Source: a virus (taxonomy: Duplodnaviria > Heunggongvirae > Uroviricota > Caudoviricetes). From it: 24,313 bases of DNA. Positions within the stretch are counted from its first letter, which is position 1. Each line of letters starts with the position of its first letter. Of the stretch, positions 18,977 through 24,313 are shown in pieces. The notes under the pieces are model-generated. The model saw nothing but the letters and a program-made list of their open reading frames with translations. It had not been told where the DNA came from and did no database searches. Where the stretch lies: IMG/VR virus record IMGVR_UViG_3300032050_000059; one strand, 5' to 3'. A program made the position numbers and the translations under genes.

Positions 18977-19636
18977 ATGCGTAAAGTTCTCATAGGTACA
19001 CCCTCATATGATGGGAGAATAGATGTCTGGTATGCTAATAGCTTACTGGGCACTGTTAAAATGGCTTATGAGAAGGATATATATGTCCATGCTATTTACA
19101 CAAGCTATGATAGCCTCATACAAAGGGCTAGAAATAGCCTGTTTAAACTAGCTCTTACAGGTGGATATGATGATTTGTTCTTTATAGACTCAGATGCTGA
19201 ATGGGAACCAGAATGGTTCTTCAGGCTTTTGGAAAGACCAGAACCTATTGTAGGAGGGGCATTGGTTAAGAAGAGTGATGATAACGAGGGGTACACAGTG
19301 AAACTGATGGATAAAAACCTGAAGTGGTCCAAGGATAAGAAGATAATAGAGGTGGATGGTGTAGGTACAGGCTTCCTAAAGGTGAACAGGTTTGCTCTGG
19401 AGAAACTATGGGAGATGTCTGATAAGTATACATCTGAGGGTGAGGAGCACAGAATGATATGTGATATAAAGGTGGAGAACGGTGACCTAATATCTGAAGA
19501 CTACATCCTCTGTAACAAGTGGAAATCATTAGGATATAAGGTGTGGCTAGATCCAACTATAACACTCAACCACATAGGAACTAGGAAATACAAGGGTGAT
19601 TTCCAATCCTTTATAAAGAAACACGGGTATGTTTGA
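18977..19636 (+). CDS. GT-A fold (GT2-like) glycosyltransferase (219 aa)
   Basis: KVLIGTPSY N-terminal strand, SLIQRARN, DxD motif FIDSD (19187-19195), GVGTGF, SEDY...G.KVWLDPTITLNHIG. ATG 18977 is preferred over TTG 18971, which lies inside the -7 element. Confidence 0.82.
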   Translation: MRKVLIGTPSYDGRIDVWYANSLLGTVKMAYEKDIYVHAIYTSYDSLIQRARNSLFKLALTGGYDDLFFIDSDAEWEPEWFFRLLERPEPIVGGALVKKSDDNEGYTVKLMDKNLKWSKDKKIIEVDGVGTGFLKVNRFALEKLWEMSDKYTSEGEEHRMICDIKVENGDLISEDYILCNKWKSLGYKVWLDPTITLNHIGTRKYKGDFQSFIKKHGYV

Positions 19637-20540
19637 TAAACCAATGGGAGGTACAGAGCTTATGTATAATGAGCTCATGAAGAGATTACCAGAAGAATAT
19701 AAGGACAAGTGGTCCATATTTAACTACATAGGAGATGCTGATTTTAAAAAGCCAACCATCTATTGGAACCAGCTAAGCTATGATCAACAGGCTGTACAAT
19801 GGCTAAGAGATCCTAAGAACATTGAAGCTATTGATCAGTTTGTATTTATAAGTCACTGGCAATCAGAATGTTATAGAAAACTATTCAATATTCCTGGATA
19901 CAAAACTTCTGTTATAAAGAATGCTTGTATTGGTGTAGAACCACGTAAACCAGGAGAAAGAGAAATAGTGAGGCTTTGTTATACATCCACACCCTTCAGA
20001 GGACTTGATGTTCTTCTAAAGGCATGGGACATACTTAAGCCTAAGGGATGTGAGCTACATGTTTTCTCTAGCTGTAAAATATATGGAGAAGACTATGCTT
20101 CCACAGAAGATCCTAAATATACAGACTTGTACAACGCCTGTCTAAACACAGAGGGTATTGTGTACAGAGGATCTATTCCTAATGAGGAGCTGAGGAAAGA
20201 ACTTCCCAGCTTTGACATCCTAGCCTATCCCTGTACATTTGAGGAAACCTCTTGTATAGCTGTGATAGAAGCTCTGTCAGCTGGACTAAAGGTAGTGACA
20301 AGTAATATAGGCGCTCTACCTGAAACTACAGAAGGATGGGCTACCATATATCCCTACCTAATGGATAAGGATAGACATGCTGAAGCATTTGCCTCCATCC
20401 TCAAGAAGGAAATAGATGCTGTCAAAACTGGCATGCATCTAGAGGAACAAGTGAACATATATGCTCCTAGATGGAGCTGGGACAACAGAATAAACCAATG
20501 GACAAACTATTTAGACACATTAACCCCAAGAGAGCCCTAG
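19629..20540 (+). CDS. GT-B fold (GT4-like) glycosyltransferase (303 aa)
   Basis: GGTEL N-terminal motif, YTSTPFRGLDVLL, and ILAYPCTFEETSCIAVIEALSAGLKVVTSNIGALPE containing the E-x7-E retaining-GT motif. Confidence 0.88.
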   Translation: MFDKPMGGTELMYNELMKRLPEEYKDKWSIFNYIGDADFKKPTIYWNQLSYDQQAVQWLRDPKNIEAIDQFVFISHWQSECYRKLFNIPGYKTSVIKNACIGVEPRKPGEREIVRLCYTSTPFRGLDVLLKAWDILKPKGCELHVFSSCKIYGEDYASTEDPKYTDLYNACLNTEGIVYRGSIPNEELRKELPSFDILAYPCTFEETSCIAVIEALSAGLKVVTSNIGALPETTEGWATIYPYLMDKDRHAEAFASILKKEIDAVKTGMHLEEQVNIYAPRWSWDNRINQWTNYLDTLTPREP

Positions 20541-21100
20541 ACATAGGAGCACATGTGGGCAACTTCACAAAGGAACTCTATTACAGATTTCCTGAGTGTA
20601 GAGTGGTTATGATAGAGGCTAACAAGAACTGTGAGCCCCATCTAAGACTATTGGGAAAGCCCTATGAGATTGTAGCTCTGTCTGATAAAAATGGAACAGC
20701 TGAGCTCTATATGGAGGATGGCAATCCCATAGGTACAGGTAGTTCCTTGTATAGGGAGAACACGCAGTGGTATACACAGGGTAAAACCCAGACAGTGGTG
20801 ACAAAGCGTCTAGATGATTGTAACTATTTCAATGGAGAACACCCTGATTTCATCAAGATGGATGTGCAGGGTTCTGAATTAGACATAATAAAAGGTGGTG
20901 AGAATACAATAAAAAATGCTACCTTTGTGTTAATGGAAACCTCTCTGTTAGAATATAACCAGGGAGCTCCTTTGATAGATGCATTAGTGGAGAAAATGGT
21001 GGACCTCCAGTTCTGCATGATTGACATTGTTGAATACCACCGCTTAGAAAACGGACTTATTTTTCAACTAGATATATTATTTAAAAACTTAAAACAATAA
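20498..21100 (+). CDS. FkbM-family SAM-dependent methyltransferase (200 aa)
   Basis: ALDIGAHVG (motif I), VVMIEAN, IKMDVQGSELDIIKGG, Q.DILF. The start is placed at ATG 20498 because motif I then falls at the usual N-terminal position; ATG 20471 is possible. Confidence 0.88.
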   Translation: MDKLFRHINPKRALDIGAHVGNFTKELYYRFPECRVVMIEANKNCEPHLRLLGKPYEIVALSDKNGTAELYMEDGNPIGTGSSLYRENTQWYTQGKTQTVVTKRLDDCNYFNGEHPDFIKMDVQGSELDIIKGGENTIKNATFVLMETSLLEYNQGAPLIDALVEKMVDLQFCMIDIVEYHRLENGLIFQLDILFKNLKQ

Positions 21101-21106
21101 GAAGCC

Positions 21107-21457
21107 ATGAAAATGCTTTTTGCAAAGATTAATCCCGTTGCTGAAATTCCTGAAATGGAATCTCCTTTCCAGTATGATGTTAAACAAGCTGACTATCTTA
21201 CAGCTGTAGCATCTCCTTATCGCTTGGGTGCTGAAGAAGTGAACTTTAGCCTCATCTATGGCACTGCTACATTTGATGCTGAAGGAAACATGGAAACATT
21301 TACACGCTTATTGGGTGGATCGCTTACATTAGGTGCTCCTTACATTCAGCAGTGGGGATTGGATGATTCTGTAATTCTTGGAACTATTTGTGAGCAAGTG
21401 GGAACAGAAGCTGTTGAATTCATTGAGGGTGACCCAAAGAACTTCAACCCATTCTAA
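21107..21457 (+). CDS. Hypothetical protein (116 aa, acidic)
   Basis: The ORF fills the gap with 6-nt and 25-nt spacing. No catalytic motif recognised; contains QQWGLDDSVIL. Confidence 0.75.
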   Translation: MKMLFAKINPVAEIPEMESPFQYDVKQADYLTAVASPYRLGAEEVNFSLIYGTATFDAEGNMETFTRLLGGSLTLGAPYIQQWGLDDSVILGTICEQVGTEAVEFIEGDPKNFNPF

Positions 21458-21482
21458 TTGAACATTAAAACCAACAAACATA

Positions 21483-22304
21483 ATGGTCAAAAAGATATTC
21501 TACAACAGCTCTCTACCTAGAGCTGGAAGTACACTTATTCAGAATATTCTAGCACAGAATCCAGAGATACATTCCACTCCCACCTCTGGCATCTTTGAGA
21601 TGTACATGCAAGCTCGTACCTATTTCTCTAATGGGTTAGAGTTTAAGGCACAAGATCAAAATCTCATGGAAGCAGGGTTTAAGGGAATGCTTAAAGATGG
21701 ACTCTATGGATTCTATAATGCTGTAACAGACCGTCCATATGTGATGGAAAAGTCTAGGGGTTGGGCAATGGAGCGTGATTTTATTCATGCCTTTGATCCC
21801 AACCCCAAGATTATTTGTATGATAAGGGACATTCGTGCTATCTATTCTTCTCTAGAAAAGAAGTATAGAAACAATCCTTTAGTGGACACAAACATTGCTA
21901 ACTGGGGTAATCTAACAGGCACCACCACAGATAAGCGTATGGTGGTGTGGTCCAACAACCCTCCTATAGGTCCATCTCTGGACCGTTTGTATCAGACACT
22001 TGTAGCTGGTACACATCAACACATCCTATTTATTAAATTTGAAGAGCTATGCCTAGATCCTGATACACAACTAAGACGTGTGTATGAGTATTTAGAGCTT
22101 CCCTATTTTCAGCATGATTTCAAAAACATACCACAGTATTCTATAGAGGATGACAAATGGTATGGTATATTTGGTGACCACATCATCCGTGGAGAGTTAA
22201 AGCCTGTAAAAGATGACTTCCGTGAGGTGCTCGGTCCTAATGCATGCAAGATAATAGAGGAAGGCTACCCATGGTTCTTCAATGATTTTGGATATAAAAT
22301 ATAA
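21483..22304 (+). CDS. PAPS-dependent sulfotransferase (273 aa)
   Basis: 5'-PSB loop SSLPRAGSTLIQNIL, 3'-PB motif KIICMIRDIRAIYSS, and IKFEELCLDP...VYEYLEL, typical of the sulfotransferase P-loop fold. Confidence 0.88.
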   Translation: MVKKIFYNSSLPRAGSTLIQNILAQNPEIHSTPTSGIFEMYMQARTYFSNGLEFKAQDQNLMEAGFKGMLKDGLYGFYNAVTDRPYVMEKSRGWAMERDFIHAFDPNPKIICMIRDIRAIYSSLEKKYRNNPLVDTNIANWGNLTGTTTDKRMVVWSNNPPIGPSLDRLYQTLVAGTHQHILFIKFEELCLDPDTQLRRVYEYLELPYFQHDFKNIPQYSIEDDKWYGIFGDHIIRGELKPVKDDFREVLGPNACKIIEEGYPWFFNDFGYKI

Positions 22305-22308
22305 ACCA

Positions 22309-23262
22309 ATGAACGTAGGATATAAGACAGAAGAGGAATTGCAAAAGGATGAGAAGCTGACAGTGTTAGAAGATCGTTCTTCAGACAGCAATAAGTATGT
22401 TGTATGGCATATAGAAGGTGGGCTGGGAAAGAACATAGCAGCTACATCCATTATAAAGGATGTGAAGGAAAGATATTCAGATAGGAAACTCATCATGGTG
22501 GTGTCCTATCCTGAGATATTCCTAAACAACCCTAACATACACAGGGTGTACAGGGTGGGCATGACCTCCTATTTCTATGATGACTACATCAAGGATAAGG
22601 ACACTATTATATTCCGTCATGAACCTTATTTCCAGAGTGATCACATCCTAAAGAAGAAACATCTGATACACAACTGGTGTGATTTGATGGATGTAGAATA
22701 CAAAGATCAACTTCCTCAGTTTCATCCTAACGCTGTGCAGAAAATGTTACAATACAACTGGCAGAGAGAAAAACCTGTCATGGTGATACAGACAAATGGA
22801 GGAGGTATGGGTAATGAGTTCTCTTATGCTTGGTCAAGAGATATGCCTTATGAAATAGCTGTTGCTGTTGCTGATAGATATAGAAACACCCATCATATTA
22901 TACAGGTGACAAGACCTAACACCAATCTTATTCCTAATGTGGAATATGTCACCCAACAGCTTAGCAACTTTGAAATGTTGTCTATTCTAGCTGTTTCTCA
23001 GAAGCGTGTGTTAATAGATTCCTTCTTACAGCATGCTGCTGCAGGTATGGGACTTCCTTCTACGGTGCTATGGATAGGCACATCTCCTATCAACTTTGGA
23101 TACAAGATGCACAACAACATTGTTGCTAAAGATCCTCCAGGCAGCACTAAGCTTATAGACAGCTACATCTTTGACTATTCACTTGAAGGGTCAATTCATG
23201 AGTGTCCATATAACAGCGTAGAAGAAATGTTTGACATTAACACCATCTTTAAGAGTATATGA
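22309..23262 (+). CDS. GT-B fold, GT9 (heptosyltransferase)-like glycosyltransferase (317 aa)
   Basis: WHIEGGLGKNIAATSII (cf. GT9 GxxGD.....P) and LIDSFLQHAAAGMGLPSTVLWIGTSPINFGY (cf. DSGxxHxAxAxxxP). ATG 22309 lies 4 nt after the upstream stop; ATG 22282 is an alternative. Confidence 0.7.
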   Translation: MNVGYKTEEELQKDEKLTVLEDRSSDSNKYVVWHIEGGLGKNIAATSIIKDVKERYSDRKLIMVVSYPEIFLNNPNIHRVYRVGMTSYFYDDYIKDKDTIIFRHEPYFQSDHILKKKHLIHNWCDLMDVEYKDQLPQFHPNAVQKMLQYNWQREKPVMVIQTNGGGMGNEFSYAWSRDMPYEIAVAVADRYRNTHHIIQVTRPNTNLIPNVEYVTQQLSNFEMLSILAVSQKRVLIDSFLQHAAAGMGLPSTVLWIGTSPINFGYKMHNNIVAKDPPGSTKLIDSYIFDYSLEGSIHECPYNSVEEMFDINTIFKSI

Positions 23263-23717
23263 TTATAGTTCTTTTTGGACAGCCACACAGTGGCAAGTCC
23301 ACAATAGCTAATGAAATCCTAGCACACACTACATCCTTTGTAAACATAGATGGGGATAAGCTCAGAGAGCTGTTTGTTAATAAAGACTACTCTAGAGAGG
23401 GTAGAATAAAGAACCTGAACAGGGCTAGTGATATTGCTCACTTCCTAAACTCTACAGGGACAAACGTCATCCTCTCTCTTGTCTATCCTTATAAGGAAGC
23501 CAGAGACTATCTCAATAACCTTACAAAGGATGTCATATGGGTGTATTTAACATACACAGGAGAAAGAGGAAGAGAGGGTTTTCATGTACAAGATTTTGAC
23601 TATCCTGTAGAAGAAGATGTTTTGAATATTAACACATCTTCTGTATCTTTGGAATATTGTATGCAAATTATAAACAACTACATAGATGCAAAACGTTCTA
23701 GCAAAAGCAGCAAGTAA
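23259..23717 (+). CDS. cysC: Adenylyl-sulfate (APS) kinase-like protein, compact form (152 aa)
   Basis: P-loop GQPHSGKST, IDGDKLR, YSREGRIKNLNRASDIA, VILSLVYPYKEAR, all matching CysC motifs. ATGA overlap with the upstream gene. Confidence 0.82.
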   Translation: MIIVLFGQPHSGKSTIANEILAHTTSFVNIDGDKLRELFVNKDYSREGRIKNLNRASDIAHFLNSTGTNVILSLVYPYKEARDYLNNLTKDVIWVYLTYTGERGREGFHVQDFDYPVEEDVLNINTSSVSLEYCMQIINNYIDAKRSSKSSK

Positions 23718-24072
23718 GTCAGGACAATGGGCCATGTTTATTGGAAGATGGCAACCTTGGCATGCTGGTCACAGATGGTTAATTGATCAAGCCCTTAACG
23801 AGGGTAAGAAGGTGTTGCTCTGTATAAGAGAAGTGGAACCAGATGAAAAGAATCCCTGGACACCACATCAGGTTATGATGACACTTGCTAATGAATTGAA
23901 TGGCCTTATACAAGAGGGCAAGTTGAGGATAATGACCATCCCTGATATTGAATCTATTAACATTGGTAGAGGTGTGGGTTATGATGTTATAGAACATGTT
24001 CCTCCTGCAGAAATACATGATATATCTGCTACAAAGATTAGAGAGAATATGAAAAGGGAGGGTAGATTATGA
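23686..24072 (+). CDS. HxGH (cytidylyltransferase-like) nucleotidyltransferase (128 aa); candidate minimal ATP sulfurylase
   Basis: MFIGRWQPWHAGH (HxGH motif), KNPWT, INIGRGVGY and ISATKIR. The fold is supported by motifs; the substrate is inferred from context only. Confidence 0.75.
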   Translation: MQNVLAKAASKSGQWAMFIGRWQPWHAGHRWLIDQALNEGKKVLLCIREVEPDEKNPWTPHQVMMTLANELNGLIQEGKLRIMTIPDIESINIGRGVGYDVIEHVPPAEIHDISATKIRENMKREGRL

Positions 24073-24293
24073 TAGTAGAAAGAAAACGACACATAGCTAA
24101 GACTATAAGCTACCGTCTTATTAGCACACTGATTGGTGTACTCACTATGTTTATTGTAACAGGATCTATGAAAGCAGGCGCTGCATTTGGTGTAGCTGAG
24201 CTGTTATGGAAACCCATACAATACTACATCCACGAACGTATATGGTATAAGTGGATTAGATATGGCCTAAAAGGGCAAAAACAACCTGACTAG
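24069..24293 (+). CDS. DUF2061-like small membrane protein (74 aa)
   Basis: RHIAKTISYRLIST...TGS...A.FG.AE...K...YYIHERIW matches my recollection of the DUF2061 pattern; two hydrophobic segments; ATGA overlap. Confidence 0.78.
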   Translation: MIVERKRHIAKTISYRLISTLIGVLTMFIVTGSMKAGAAFGVAELLWKPIQYYIHERIWYKWIRYGLKGQKQPD

Positions 24294-24313
24294 CATCTAT
24301 CTTCTGGTGGCAT

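Larger units (their letters stand above)
1..24313 (+). mobile_element. Segment of a large tailed bacteriophage genome (virion/ejection, fibre and glycan-modification modules); probable Bacteroidota host, possibly Crassvirales-related
   Basis: Single-strand dense gene packing with ATGA overlaps, giant virion-type proteins, an S74-chaperoned fibre, no housekeeping genes, no SD motifs and Bacteroidota-type promoters. The crAss-like affinity is inferred from the giant zincin/nuclease protein layout. Confidence 0.88.

Noticed and set aside
23686-24072. Firm call as NMN adenylyltransferase (nadM/nadR)
   Set aside because: It shares GRxQPxHxGH but lacks the GSAQ/ER NMN-binding segment, and there are no NAD-salvage neighbours, so no symbol is assigned.
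23259-24293. Sulfur-assimilation auxiliary metabolic genes for cysteine synthesis
   Set aside because: No APS/PAPS reductase or sulfite reductase is in the window, and a sulfotransferase lies in the same operon, which favours PAPS use for sulfation. Genes beyond the edge could change this.
1-24313. Stop-codon reassignment as in some crAss-like phages
   Set aside because: Genes are full length in code 11, and TAA, TGA and TAG all terminate genes at sensible boundaries (e.g. TAG 20538 and 24291, TGA 1611 and 19634).

Overview
This window is a segment of a large tailed dsDNA phage genome with every credible gene on the + strand in the standard code. The host is most likely in Bacteroidota: there are no Shine-Dalgarno sequences, and two TTG-N19/20-TAnnTTTG promoters are present. 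The layout resembles crAss-like phages, but this is inference. Three modules are visible. (1) 1-6625: the C-terminal end of one giant protein and a 1671-aa polyvalent, ejection-type protein carrying a degenerate zincin motif, a PD-(D/E)XK nuclease motif and a C-terminal hydrophobic helix. (2) 6695-18954: a 131-aa adaptor-like gene and a 3951-aa fibre. The fibre has a docking module shared with the adaptor, about 236 nearly Pro-free Gly-Thr/Ser-Ser collagen-like triplets, about 165 Cys-rich 17-aa solenoid repeats and a peptidase-S74 chaperone. (3) 18977-24293: a tightly coupled nine-gene operon with three glycosyltransferase-like genes, an FkbM methyltransferase, a sulfotransferase, an APS kinase, a small HxGH nucleotidyltransferase, a DUF2061-like membrane protein and one unknown gene. 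The main hypothesis is a phage-encoded pathway that makes PAPS, possibly through a minimal non-canonical ATP sulfurylase, and decorates the Ser/Thr-rich fibre with methylated, sulfated glycans. All family assignments come from motif recognition by eye; no database searches were run.
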